From the human T2T-CHM13v2.0 reference genome, Homo sapiens: a stretch of 64,000 nt of DNA. The notes below the pieces were generated by a model that saw only the letters and a program-made list of their open reading frames with translations, did no database searches and had not been told where the DNA came from. The stretch is from assembly GCF_009914755.1 (NCBI RefSeq), contig NC_060925.1; one strand, given 5' to 3'. This document shows positions 1 through 13,911 of the stretch, piece by piece; the stretch's first letter is position 1; every line of letters begins with the position of its first letter. Both the position numbers and the translations under genes were made by a program.

Positions 1-459
1 TTCATAGTTAGTGTTTGCTCTGTCCTGCATAAGAAGTCTTTACCTACTCTAATATCTTGATTGTACCCATGGAATTTTAATTTTAATTTATGAAGATGAT
101 TGAATGATAACATGGAGACACTAATGCTATTGTTTATTACGTATAGTTCCCAAGAGGAGAGGGCATGTCAGGCAGGACCACCTGGGGAAGTACTAGGGTT
201 GGTCGAGAGGCAGAAGGAGCAAGGAGAAACATGGGCAAAAATGCCAGGAAGTTGCTAGGTAGGGAAGTCACCTGTTGGGCAGGAAGTAAAACACAGATGT
301 TGAAGTTTGTGATTGGAGAGTTCGTAATATGATTTTCACATGCCTGCAAAAGCCAGACTGCAAGGGAGATGTAAACAACTTTAGCTATTAGTTTCACCGT
401 GTGATTAATGGATGCCAAATCATCAATTACAAAATCTATAAAAGTTAATTAGAACACAC

Positions 460-860
460 AAGGCCATGAAGATATTCTTCTTTATTAATTCCAGATATTT
501 TATTGTTTTACCTTTTATACTTAGATATACAATCCATCTGGAATTAATTTTTGTGTGTAGGTTGAGGGAAGGGCCATGTTTCTTTTCTTCCCATATGGAT
601 TCATAATTCTACTGGTACTATTTACGGAAAAGACTCTCCTTTCCCCACTGTTCCGCAGTCAACCTTTGTCATAAATCGAGTGCCCATATATATGTTTAGG
701 TCTATTTCTAGACTCTTTATTCTGTTCCATTGGACTCTGTTTTTACGTCAATACCATCATTTCTTAATTACTGTAATTTTATTAGAAGTTGACATTCATT
801 CATTAGTTAGTCTTTCCATCTTCTTCTTCTTCAGTGGTGTGTTAGCTATTTTTGGAATTA
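460..860 (-). mobile_element. Old L1 (L1M) ORF2 fragment
   Basis: Resembles antisense L1M ORF2 (ccatctggaattaatttttgtgtg..., tatttctagactctttattctgttccattgg). Confidence 0.6.
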
Positions 861-871
861 TCCCCCTGCCC

Positions 872-1150
872 TTTTTTGAGACAGGGTTTCACTTTGTCAC
901 CCAGGCTGGTGTGATCACTGCTTACTGCAGGCTCAACCTCCTGGGCTCAAGTGATCCTCCCACCTCAGCCTCTATGTAGCTGGACCACAGACATGTGCCA
1001 CCACACCCAGCTAATTTCTTAACTTTTTTTTTGTAGAGGCAGAGTTTTGCCATGTTGCCCAGGCTGGTCTCAAACTCTTGAGCTCAAGTGATCCTCCTAC
1101 CTCAGACTCCCAAAATGCTGGGATTACCGACATAAGCCATTGCACCTAGC
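872..1150 (-). mobile_element. AluJ-type SINE
   Basis: Antisense dimeric Alu with ctgggctcaagtgatcctcc J-type signatures. Confidence 0.9.
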
Positions 1151-1386
1151 ATGAATTATTCTTCTTTAGTGATAGTGATGATAGTTGTTTTCTGTTTAGT
1201 GAATTTTATTTATTTTTAATCTTCCAGTTAGTTTCAGAGATCCATTGTAAGAGAACATGACATAACCCATTTGGGGCTAACAACATTTATTATGGCATTT
1301 TTTCTAAATTGATGCATATGGTCACAGAACAGTCCAGGTATTGTGCAGTGGGGCTATAGACCACGGTACCTCAAAAAGAAACATCT

Positions 1387-1513
1387 GGCTAGGCATGGTG
1401 GCTCATGCCTGTAATCCCAGAACTTTGGGAGGCCGAGATGGCTGGATCATCTGAGGTCAGGAGTTCGAGACCAGCCTAGCCAACATGGTGAAACCCCATC
1501 TCTATTAAAAAAA
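1387..1513 (+). mobile_element. AluS left monomer with A tail and 14-bp TSD
   Basis: Left arm only; AAAAAGAAACATCT at 1373-1386 and 1514-1527. Confidence 0.88.
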
Positions 1514-2201
1514 AAAAAGAAACATCTTCATATCAAGTACATTATGTCATAATTGTAGTCCTAAAACTCTACTTCATCTGTCAGTATTGGTAAATTAGTC
1601 CAGGCACAGGATCATTCCTCATTCCTCCAGGTTTGGTAAAACTGCCCAATTCTAGAGTGCAATTTAATTTATATAAAATTTATTAATAAAATTTGGAATG
1701 TTGATATTGCTTTATTTTGGCAAACTATAATTCCTAGTGGAATTATGAAAAGTTTTACTTGAACAAACAGGAACCAATGAGGGAAATCAGTGTTGTTCTA
1801 TAACTATCTGGGAGGTTTGGATTCAGCCTTTTAAAATATCATCTATCTACAAATACTCTTTGTGCCTTTTTCAGTTAATCTTAGTCTCTTGGTGCTGCTC
1901 AGGATTGGACTGCATCTCCTTTTGCTATTCAGTTTAAATTGAACCCAAGAGATTGAAATAGAAATGAAAATTGGATACAAAGAGATGAACTCTTCTCATT
2001 TCCAGACTTTTGGGAAACCGGTGTGCTAGGTTAATTATGGTGGGTCAATAATTTTGTATCATTCTTTAGGCTTGCATTGCGGCTAGGCTGATATATAAAA
2101 ATATATGGGATATGGAAAGAGTAAGAATGTTCAAGAGGAAAACCCATTGTTCTATTAAATATTTATGGTGTCCACCCAAATTTGGGTTTTTATCTTAACA
2201 G

Positions 2202-2276
2202 GTCAATGCTGCTGAATCAAAGATAACAAATTTAATATACTTAAAACATACCTTGGAACTTGTGGATCCTTTAAAG
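2202..2276 (+). CDS. MSH4: MSH4 coding exon 9 (75 nt)
   Basis: ttaacag| ... AAG|gtaatt; translates [25 protein letters not shown], phase 0/0, in frame with the next exon. Confidence 0.93.
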
Positions 2277-2314
2277 GTAATTTATGTGTGTGTATCGTAC
2301 AAAACATGTCCAGC

Positions 2315-3135
2315 ATTATTTTTTAACTTTTTGTTGGAAAAAAATTTCAAACTCGGAAAATTGCAAGAATAACATGGCGAATTTCCCATATTTTTTTTCT
2401 TTGTACATACTTTACATACACATACACATTGTTAGCCTTATTATGCTTACTGAACCATTTAAGAATAAATTGCAGCACCTAAGTACTAAGGTACTAAGTA
2501 CTTAGGAGACTAAAGTCTCCCAACAAAAAGATGTTCTCTTATATAATCATAATATTATTATCAAATTCAGAATAATTAATACTGATGCAATACTATTTTA
2601 TAATATGTATCCCATACTCAAATTTTTAAAATTGTTCTAATAATGTTCTTTATAGCATTTTTTTCCTGATATAGGGTCCAATCCAGGATCATATCTTATA
2701 TTTAATGTCATGTTTTTTAAAACTCCTTTGAAGTGGAGAAGTTTCTCAGCCTTTGTTCATGATACTGACATTTTGAAGCATAAGGGTCAACTTTTTAAGT
2801 AGAATTTCCTCAATTTATGTGATTGCTTTCTCCTGATTAAATTCATCTATGCATATTTGGCCTTAATACTCTATGATGTATCCTTTTTAGTGCATCACAT
2901 CAAGAGGCACATAATGCCATTTCCTCATTCTTGGTGATATTAACTGATCAATTTCTTCACCATAAATTCAGATTTTCTTTTGTAATTAATAAGTTATTAA
3001 TCTATGGAGAGTTATTTTGAGAATGTGTAAATAACCCAATCCTCATCAAACTTCCACCCATTGATTGTAGAATTAATTGATGGCTCTTACCTGAAGTAAT
3101 TATTACTCTGATGGTTACAAGATGATTATTTTCTC
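2315..3135 (-). mobile_element. Old L1 3' region (L1MC-like)
   Basis: Degenerate similarity to L1MC 3' ends (ggaaaaaaatttcaaac..aaattgcaagaata). Confidence 0.5.
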
Positions 3136-3261
3136 ATTAACTTTTAAATACTACACTGTGTAAAACTTGTTTTTATTGAAGTGATAAAGGGAACTGCTTT
3201 TGAAAAAGAAATAATGAAAAATATGGAATAACTTTGTTATAGAGATTATTCTAATAAATAT

Positions 3262-5482
3262 TAACATGGTTTGGCTGTGTCTCCACCCAAATCTCACCTT
3301 AAATTGTAAGAATCCCCACATTTCAAGGGCGGGGACTGGTGGAGATAATTGAATCATGGGGGTGGTTTCTCCCATACTGTTCTTTTGGTAGTGAATAAGT
3401 CTCACAAGTTCTGATGGTTTTATAAAGCAGAGTTCCCCTGCACATGTTCTTCTTGCCTACTGGCATGTAAGATGTAACTTTGCTCCTGATTTACCTTCTG
3501 CCATGATTGTGAGGCCTCCCCAGCCATGTGGAACTGTGAGTCAATTAAACCTTTTTCCTTTATAAATTTCCCAGTCTTGGGTATGTCTTTATTAGCAGCT
3601 GAGAACAGACTGATACAGTAAATTTTACCAGTAGAGTGGGGTGCTGCTGTAAAGGTACCTGAAAATATGGAAGTAACTTTGGAACTGGGTAACAGGCAGA
3701 GGCTGGAACAGTTCGGAGGGCTCAGAAGACAGGAAGTTGTAGGAAAGTCTGAAACTTCCTAGAGACTTGCTGAATGGCTTTGACCAAAATGCTGATAGTT
3801 ATAGGGATAGTAAGGTCCAGGCTGAGGTGGTCTCAGATGGAGATGAGGGATTTTTGGGAACTGGAATAAAGGTCACTCTTGCTATGCAAAGAGACTGGCA
3901 GCATTTTCCCCTGCCCTGGAGATCTGTGGAACTTTGAACTTGAGAGAGAGGGTATCCAGGGGGAAGAAATTCCTAAGCAGTGAAGCATTCAAGAGGAAGC
4001 AGAGTATAAAAGTTTGGAAAATTTGCAGCCTGAGGATACAATAGAAAAGAAAATCCCATTTTCTGGGGAGAAATTCAAACCAGCTGAAGAAATTCGCATA
4101 AGTAACAAGGAGGCAAAAGTTAATAATCACCAAGACAATGGGGAAAATGTCTCCAGGTCATGTCAGAGACCTTTATGGCAGCCCCTTCCATTACAGGCCC
4201 AGAGACCTAGGAGGAAAAAATGGTTTTCTGGCCCCGCTTGCTCTGTGCAGCCTAGGGACTTGGTGCTCTGCGTCGCAGTTGCTCCAGCTATGGCTAAAAG
4301 TGGCCAACACACAGCTCGGGCCATGGCTTCAGAGGGTGCAGGCCTCAAGCCTTGGCAGCCTCCATGTGGTGTTGAGCCTGCAGGTGCACAGAAGTCAAGA
4401 ATAGTTTGGGAGCCTCCACCTAGATTTCAGAGGATGTACGGAAATGCCTGGATGTCCAGGCAGAAGTCTTCTTCAGGGACGGGACCCTCATGGAGAGCCT
4501 CTGTTAGGACAGTGCAGAAGGAAAATGGGCAAAAGCCCCCACACAGAGTCCCCACTTGGGCATTGCCTAGTGGATCTGTGAGAAGAGGGCCACTGTCCTC
4601 CAGACTCCAGAATGGTAGATCCACCGACAGATTGCACCATGCACCTGGAAAAGCCACAGACACTCAACACCAGCCTTAAAAGCAGCTGCAGGGTTCAGGG
4701 GGCTGTACCCTGCAAAGGCACAAGGGTGGAGCTGCTCAAGGCTATGGGAGTTCACTTCTTGCATCAGTGTGACCTGTATGTGAGACATGGAGTCGAAGGA
4801 GATCATTTTGGAGCTTTTAGGTTTGACTGTCCCACTGGATTTTGGACTTGCGTGGGGCCTGTAGCCCCTCCATTTTGGCCATTTTCTCCCATTTGGAATG
4901 GGTGTATTTACCCAATGCCTGTACCCCAGTTGTATCTAGGAAGTAACTAACTTGCTTTCCAGTTTTATAGGCTCATAGGCAGAAGGGACTTGCCTTGTCT
5001 CAGATGAGATTTGGACTGTGGACTTTTGAGTTAATGCTGAAATGAGTTAAGACTTTGGGAGACTCTTTGGAAGGAATGATTGGTTTTGAAATGTGAAGAC
5101 ATGAGATTTGGCAGGGGCTAGGGGCAGAATTATATGGTTTGGCTGTTTCCCTACCCAAAACTCACCTTGAGTTGTAATAATCCCCACATGTCAAAGGCAG
5201 GGCCAGGTGGAGGTAATTGAATCATAGGGCAGTTTCCCCCATGTTCTCCTGGTAGTGAATAAGTCTCAGGAGATCTGATGGTTGTTTAAAGGGGAGTTCC
5301 CCTGCACATGTTCTTCTTGCCTGCTGCCATGTAAAACATGACTTTGCTCCTTATTCACCTTCTGCCATGATTGTGAGGCCTCCCCAGCCATGTGGAATTG
5401 TGAGTCAATTAAACCTTTTTCCTTTATAAATTACCCAGTCTTGGGTATGTCTTTCTTAGCAGCATGAGAAAGGACTAATACA
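3262..5482 (+). mobile_element. Complete THE1 (ERVL-MaLR) element: LTR about 3262-3617, internal region, LTR about 5130-5482
   Basis: Two ~355-bp direct LTRs (atggtttggctgt...ctaataca), ~1.5-kb internal region, 5-bp TSD AATAT (3257-3261 and 5483-5487); ORF 4014..4679 is the MaLR internal ORF remnant. Confidence 0.95.
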
Positions 5483-5667
5483 AATATGTATAGTTAAAGT
5501 AATGTGGCAAAAGACTTCAAAAATGTTTTCACCTTTCTTGTAATGAAATAAATGGAATAAATCACCAGAAAAATATTGAGAGATTTCAGGAAACACAAAT
5601 TTTAAACTTTGGTATGTCAAAAGCAAAGTAAAAGGCAAAGGTAGGAAAAATTTATAACAAATGACAG

Positions 5668-6055
5668 TTTATTAGTCTGTTTTCATACTGCTATAAAGAA
5701 CTACCAAAGACTGGGAAATTCATAAAGGAAACAGATTTAATTGACTCACAGTTCAGTATGGCTGGGTAGGCCTCAGGAAATGTACAATCATGGCAGAAGG
5801 AGAAGGGGAAACAAGGCACCTTTGTTACAAGGCAGCAGGAAAGAGAAGGAATGCAGGAGGAACTATCACACACTTATAAAACGATCAGATCTGATGAGAA
5901 CTCACTCACCATCATGAGAACAGCATGAGGGAAACTGCCCACATTATTCAATTACCTCCATCTGGTCTCTCCCTGGAAAAGTGAGGATTATGGGAATTCT
6001 AGGGATTATAATTTATGATGAGATTTGGGTGGGGAGACAAACCCTAACTGTATCA
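5668..6055 (-). mobile_element. Solo MaLR LTR (THE1D/MSTA-like)
   Basis: Antisense LTR termini; TSD GACAG at 5663-5667 and 6056-6060. Confidence 0.9.
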
Positions 6056-8088
6056 GACAGACAAAATACTAATTTCTGTCATCATAAAACTCATGTAATT
6101 TCATAGGAAAATATTGAAATGCCAATGGAAATATGGAAAATGACCCAAAGAAGGAAATCAAGGTGATTAATAAATGGTACCAAAAATGTTAACCTCATCA
6201 TTAATCAAAGCAATACCAATTAAAACCATAGTTCTTATCTGTCAAAGAAGCAGACATTTTCATTTATCTTAAAGGATGTAACTCATTTCTAATTAGAGAT
6301 CTATGAGACAGACAACTTATTAAACAGCTGGTAAAAATACAGATTTCACATACTTTACAAGGAATTGTGCTGGAAATGTTTGCAACATCTATTTTTTGAT
6401 CCTGTAACACTACTTCTAGAGATTTGTCTGAAAGAACTTTTCAGAAACATTGGCCAATATTTATGTCCAACAATGGTCATTACAGTATTATTTATTTATA
6501 TCAGTGAGAAATTATAAGTAGAGTAGAACTGCAGTAATTACAGGAAGAGACTATTTGCTTTCCATAGACTGGAATATTATGAATTATTAAACATTTTTGC
6601 CTTGAAAAGTTTTTTATATGTATGATATAGTATCAGTTGAGCATCCCTAACCCAAAAGTTAAAAATTTTAGATGCTCCAGATTCTGAAACTTTTTAAGTA
6701 CCAATGTGATGTCACAAGTGGAAAATTTTACATCTTGACCTTATGTAATGTGTTGCAGTCAAAATGCAGGTAGTCAACACAGTTTATTCAGCATCCTAAA
6801 GGGAAAAAAGACCCTCCCAGCTATCTTCATCTGTAATATATCTTTCCTGTGCACTCCCAGATTCTTCTATGCAAACATTCCCACAAAGGGTAACACAATG
6901 ACACAGCTACAGGTCAGATGTGCCAATGGCAAGTTTCCATGATGCTCCACATAGGGCCAAGACTGATGTGCATTACTGTTTTTTTGCTTATTGCCTGCTT
7001 TGTCTAGTGGTTAAGATAACAAAAACAAAAAACAAAACAAAGAAAATGTCAGAAAGGCCTGCAGTAACAGTGATAAGAAAAAGAGGAATCACTTACGTTT
7101 ATATGTAACACAGAAAGTCAAGCTATTGGAGAAACTGGATAATGGTGTAAGTGTCAAAGGTCTTAAAGAAGCCTGTGCTGTTAGAATGACTGCCAGATAT
7201 GACCTAAAGAAACAAACGGATAAACTGTTGCAGTTCTATGCTGAAAGTGATGAACAGAAGCTAATGAAAAATAGAAAAACACTGCATAACATTTTAAAAA
7301 AAAGAAAGAAAGAATGGATCCATCTGCCTTGCAGTGAACACATGCCACTTAATGGTATACTGATCATGAAACAAGTGAAGATGTTATCACAATGAAATGA
7401 AAATTGAAGGGAACTGTCAATATTCAACAGGCTGGTTGCAGAAATTTAAGAAGAAAATAACATTAAATTTTTAAAGATTTATAGTGATTGAGCATCTGCT
7501 GATCATGAAGCATTGGAGAAATTCATTGATGAGTTTGCCAAGGTCATTGCTGATGAAAATCTGATGCCAGAACAAATCGATAATGCTGATTAAACATCAT
7601 TGTTTTGACATTATTGCCTCAGAAAGACACTGACTACAGCTGATGAAGCAGCCCCTGTGGGAATTAAGGATGCCAAGGACAGAAAACAACTATGCTGGGC
7701 TGTGCTAGTGCAGCAGACACACGTAAGTGTAAACGTGCTGTGATAGGTAAAACCTTGTGTCTTTGCTGTTTTCAAGGAGTGAATTTCTTACCAGTTTATT
7801 ATTATGCTAACAAAGAGGCCTGAATCACCAGGGACATTTTTTTTCCAATTGGTCTCACAAACATTTTACACCAGCAGCTCATGCTCACTGCAGGGAATCT
7901 GGATTGGATGATGATTGAAATATTTTGTTATTCCTTGACATCTCTTCTGTTAATCCTCCAGCTGCAATTTTCATCAAAAATAATGTTTATGCCATATATT
8001 TTCACCTAAATGTGACTTCATTAATTCAGCCATGTGACTGTGACAAGAGTATCCTTAGATCAATGAAGAGTAAATACAAAAACACTTT

Positions 8089-8967
8089 TTAAAATTTTTT
8101 TAATTTTTATTTTAGTTTTGGGGGTACATGTGCATGTTTGTTATGTGGGTAAACTTGTGTCTTGGAGGTTATGTTGTACAGATTATTTCACCACCGAGTT
8201 ACTAAGCCTAGTACCCAATAGTTATTTTTTCTCCTCCTCTTCCTCCTCCCAACCTCCACCCTCAAGCAAACGCCAGTATCTGTTGTTCCTGTCTTTGTGT
8301 CCATGAGTTCTCATCGTTTAACTCCCACTTTTAAGTGAAAACATGGGGTATTTGATTTTCCGTTCCTGTGTTAATTTGCTAAGGATAATGGCCTCCAGCT
8401 CCATCCATGTCCCTGCAAAAGACATGATCTTGTTTTTATATATATATATATAACTGCATAGTATTCCATGATGTATATAAACCACATTTTCTTTATCCAA
8501 TCTGTCACTCACGGGTATTTGGTTGATTCCATGTCTTTGCTATATTGTGAACAGTGCTGCAGTGAACATTCGTGTGCATTTGTCTTTATGGTAAAATGAT
8601 TTATATTCCTCTGCATATATACCCAGCAATGGGATTGTTGGGTCGAATGGTATCTCTGTTTTCAGCTCTTTGAGGAATTGCCACACTGCTTTCCACAATG
8701 GTTGAGCTAATTTACATTCATACACCAACAGTGTATAAATGTTCTTCTTTCTCTACAAGCTCACCAGCATCCGTTGTTTTTTGACTTTTTAATAATAGCC
8801 ATTCTGACTGGTGTGAGATGGTATCTCATTGTGGCTTTGATTCACATTTCTCTAATGATCAGTGATATTGAGCTTTTTTTTCATATGTTTGTTGTCCACA
8901 TGTATGTCTTTAGAAAAGTGTCTGTTTTGCTTACTTTTTAATGAAGTTGTTTTATTCTTGTAAATTT
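8089..8967 (-). mobile_element. 5'-truncated primate L1 (older L1PA) inside Tigger4
   Basis: ORF2 C-terminus (ORFs 8540..8728 and 8318..8512) plus 3'UTR; TSD AAAAACACTTT at 8078-8088 and 8968-8978. Confidence 0.9.
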
Positions 8968-9025
8968 AAAAACACTTTCTTGAACAGCGTGCTAGCATCA
9001 GTGAACAGAAGCATAGATGTGGAAG

Positions 9026-9308
9026 TTTTTTTAGAGTTGCAGTCTTGCTCTGTGCCCAGGCTGGAGTACAGTGGCACGATCATTGCACACCGCACCCTTG
9101 AACTTCTAGGCTCAAGTAATCCTCCGACCTTTCCTGAGTAGCTGGGAGTACAGGCATATGTCACTATGCCCAGATAATTTTTTAAAATTTTATAGACAGG
9201 GGTCTCGCTATGTTACGCAGGCTGGTCTTGAACTCCTGGGCTCAAGCAATCCACCTGCCTCATCCTCCTGAGTCACTGGGATTACAGGTGTGAGTCACCA
9301 CACCTGAC
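9026..9308 (-). mobile_element. AluJ inside Tigger4
   Basis: Antisense dimeric Alu, J signatures. Confidence 0.88.
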
Positions 9309-9513
9309 AATGGAAGGTTTTTGAAAGGAGTTTAGTATGAAGAATGCCATATATGCTGTTGCCAGTGCTTGGAACATAGTTACTAAAGACGTGGTTGTGC
9401 ATGCCTGGCACAACTTCTGGCCTGTGATGCTGTTCAATGATGATGATAAAACAAGTGGTGACTTTGTAGGATTCCATATGTCAAGTGAGAAAAAATTATG
9501 TCTGACATCCTAA

Positions 9514-9880
<367 letters not shown>

Positions 9881-11622
9881 AATTGACATTTTTAACATCA
9901 ATAATGAGGCCCCAGCTGTTCATTAATCAACGGATGATGAAATAGACAAAATGGTTCTGATTCAAGGTGATCATGACAGTAATGACGATGAAGATGATGT
10001 TGTAACACTGCAGAAAAAACGCCTACAGATATGGTAAAAATGTGTGATGGGCTTATTGAAGATCTACAGTTTTTGTTAAGCAAAATAAAATTCCTATTTT
10101 TACTGTATAAGAATGGAGCAGCACACATTCATAACAGAACAAGAAATCATGTCAATTATAAAATCAAAGAGAAATTTCTATGACAAAAACCATTATTAAT
10201 GAAGCAGATGACTCTAGAGGAAACATTTCTAAAAGCGGGCCAGCAAAATGCCTCCGTATCCTTAGAATACCCACTTCCTGGTCCCTTAACTGTTTCTGAT
10301 GTTTCATCTCACTTAGAAAAATAAAATACAGCTTACAGTAACCTCTTAATCAAAATATAGCATTATAGGTGGATACTGGAAATTATTAGTTGTTGCTGTC
10401 ATTTAAGAGCTGATGCAGGTACTCTGGGGGTGCTACCGTGCTGTTAGCCTGAACACATTTTTTCACTATATTAATGGTATGTCAGGTTTTTTTTTTACTG
10501 TTAAGTACTTATTGGTAAATAAGTGTTAAAAAATGATTGCTTATTGGTAGCATATAAATTCAGAGTTGGGAATGATAGTGATGCCAAACAATCACAAATT
10601 GTCCACCTAAGTGCCTGAAATAGTGACACCTTTGCTTTCTGGTGGTTCCATGTACATAGACTTCTATGTGCAAAATTATTTAAAGTGTTGTATAAAATTA
10701 CCTCAGGCTATGTGTATAAGGTGTACATGAAACATAAATGAATTTCATGTTTAGACTCAGGTTTAATCTCCAGGATATCTCATTATGTACATATGCAAAT
10801 ATTCCAAAATCTGAAAAAAATCCAGAATCTGGAACTTCTGATCCCAAGCATTTTGGGTAAGAAATACTCAACCTGGATTAAGTCGGGGTTGGGGAAGGAG
10901 CACACAATGATATAAAATTATTTATTTTAGATACTGACAGGAAATATAATATTTAGAATGTTTATCTTTGGACAATAGTAGATTTAATTTTTTTCTTTCA
11001 ATTTTGGTGAATTTTTTAGTTTTTATCTGTCTGTGCATATTATTTTCTGTTCATAAGCAAAAAAAGTTATCACCATTGCTTCATATCAAATTTAAAAAAG
11101 GAGATAATGGCCAGGCTAAATATGCTTTCTCTTCTTCTTTTCTGTTTATTTAGTTAGTGACCCCCTCATAGTTTTCATTAAACAAAATAAAATCCCTATT
11201 TTTACTATATAAGAATTGAGAAATTGCTCTATTTATGAATATACAAAGCACTTTTTTGGTCTAATGTATATCTAACCTAAATTTTGGAATTATATGTAGA
11301 GTACTCTAAATGTACAACAGTAGTTGTTTAAGTACCTATATATGTAAGTTGTCGGGTGTTAACAATTAGTAGAGAGGCAAGAAAAATAAAATTTATAATA
11401 AGCAGTGGATGGCACTAATTAGCCATGTACTCTTTATTTGGAAAAAGGGAAAGATACAGTCTATCCTCAGCTAGATAGCTACAAATATATTTTATGAGTA
11501 TATAAATGAGGAAATGAAGAAAGCACTTGGTAAACTATAAAGTATTAAACAACTGTAAAATGATATGTTTGAATGATCTTGTAATTGATTATCCTTAACT
11601 TTTTTATTTTATTCTTTAATAG

Positions 11623-11687
11623 ATTGCTATGAAGAACTGTAACACACCTTTATTAAGAGCTTACTATGGTTCCTTGGAAGACAAGAG
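11623..11687 (+). CDS. MSH4: MSH4 coding exon 10 (65 nt)
   Basis: T-rich tract ..taatag| IAMKNCNTPLLRAYYGSLEDK(R) AG|gtcttt; the phase-2 end matches the start of exon 11. Confidence 0.9.
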
Positions 11688-12809
11688 GTCTTTGTCACTC
11701 AACCGTTAATAAAAAATAAGATTATTCTCTTCTTCCTGATCATAACTGATTTTAAAGACTCTAATTGTATTCTATGGAACAATTACTTGAGTTTTGGTTA
11801 ACAGAATCTTTAACCTATTCATCAAAATTCTAATTGTACATTTCACATTATAAGTAGAATAAATAGGGTAACAACACATTGATTATTTGTGTTAAAGGAC
11901 AATTAGAATAGCATGAAAACTTGAAATCCAAGCACAATTTTAATATTTCCTTTTAAAGCCATTCTCCATGGAAAGACTTGCAAATAATAAAAATATATTT
12001 CTTTATTTTGTTAAATCATGAAGGGTCTAATGTAACAAAAAATAGTAGATATAAATATTGAATACAATCTAAATGCTGTTTAATTTTAACAGTATTAAAT
12101 TATTAGCAGTAGTTGTGGACTGAAGAACTACTGGTTCAATCCAGACCTTGGTTCTGAACTGAAAAGATTTGTGATACTTAAGAACTATTATTCTATTAAT
12201 TGAAGATTTATCCCGTGTGAGGCCACACATTGAAGTTAATAATAAAACTGGCTTAATTACAAATAAAATATAGAATGGAATGAAGGAAAAGTTGAGGAAA
12301 ATATGTGTTACCAGATTTCTGGTTTGCATAATCACTGAACTTTACCACTGGTAATTGTGAGGTTCCTGTTACGCTGTCTACATATGTGTTTAGTGTCTCT
12401 TGCCTCTACCGAAGGCAGGGATCATATGTTATTCTTCTCTGAATCTCTTCACCTAGCACAGTGCTTGATACATGGTGTACATTGATGTTTATTGAGTGAA
12501 TGAGCATGAAGCCACAATTTTTATGACAGTTCTTTAGAGATGTATTTTGTACCCACAGGCACATCAGTATATGTAATTTGTGAGCTCTATTAGCAGATGT
12601 AGAATTGTTTTTGGGGTCCTGATGCTGTTTTAGACTAGTCCTGACTGATGAAACAGTTTAAATATGAAATAGTCACAGCTCTAACTTAAGTAAATTTAAA
12701 TATTTGTTGCTTAATTAGTTATTTCAAAATAACTTTCAACAAAAATTTGCTATCATCAATTGTGATTCAAATTATAAATTAAAATAACTCTTTGACTTAT
12801 TGCCTATAA

Positions 12810-13019
<210 letters not shown>

Positions 13020-13208
13020 TGATAATGTTTTTTGTAGGGATAAAACAGCCTTTTCAGGACATGCTGTCCTTTTTTGCTGCTGATGACTAGCCATACATAT
13101 TTTAAATTTATTTTTCGTTACCAAAACATAAGGTTAGCATGTAGTGCCATTTAAGGAAACAGCATATGTGGCAGCCTTCATACTAAACTCCTTTTGAAAA
13201 CCTTCCAT

Positions 13209-13529
13209 TGCCAAGTGCAATAGCTCATGCCTATAATCCCAGCACTTTGGGAGGCCAAGGAGGGCTGATAGCTTGAGTCCAGGAGTTTGAGGCTAGCCTT
13301 GGCAACATAGCTAGTCTTTTGTAGAGACAAGACGTTGTCTCTACAAAAACTGAGAAAATTTGCCAGGCATGGTGATGTATGCCTGTAGTCCCAGCTACTC
13401 CGGAGGCTGAGGTAGGAGGATCACTTGGATCACTTGAGCCCAGGAGGTCGAGACTGCAGTAAGTTATGATTGTGCCACTGTGCTCAGCCTGGGCGACAGA
13501 GTGAGATCTGTCTTGAAAAAAAAAAAAAA
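13209..13529 (+). mobile_element. AluJ with internal micro-rearrangements
   Basis: Sense dimeric Alu with A tail; contains a hairpin at 13317-13348 and a GGATCACTT duplication. Confidence 0.9.
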
Positions 13530-13629
13530 TTATTAGAGTTTGAAAGAGCAACAAGACCTCCTATTTATGTATAAAATAAGAATTTAAAAACCATGTGACT
13601 CTTTAAAACAGAGTGATTTTTCTCATTAA

Positions 13630-13911
<282 letters not shown>

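Noticed and set aside
130-410. Possible ERVL-type LTR fragment / 93-aa ORF
   Set aside because: Purine-rich segment resembling an old LTR, but I cannot assign a family or boundaries. The ORF has no recognisable domain.
2478-2506. Hairpin CCTAAGTACT-N9-AGTACTTAGG
   Set aside because: Real but only a 10-bp stem, built from a self-complementary AGTACT micro-duplication in an old L1 fragment. No function is suggested.
4014-4950. 221-aa and 112-aa ORFs as a novel gene
   Set aside because: They are the GC-richer THE1 internal ORF remnant. The 221-aa ORF starts at TTG, and there is no splice or other gene evidence.
3515-5391. PRDM9 hotspot 13-mer in THE1 LTRs inside a crossover gene
   Set aside because: Both LTRs (3515-3527 and 5379-5391) and the MST LTR (22848-22860) read CCTCCCCAGCCAT. 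This is the common non-matching form; it misses CCNCCNTNNCCNC at positions 7 and 13.
7126-7395. Jerky/TIGD-like domesticated gene
   Set aside because: Short fragment of a Tigger transposase with stops, frameshifts and nested retroelements.
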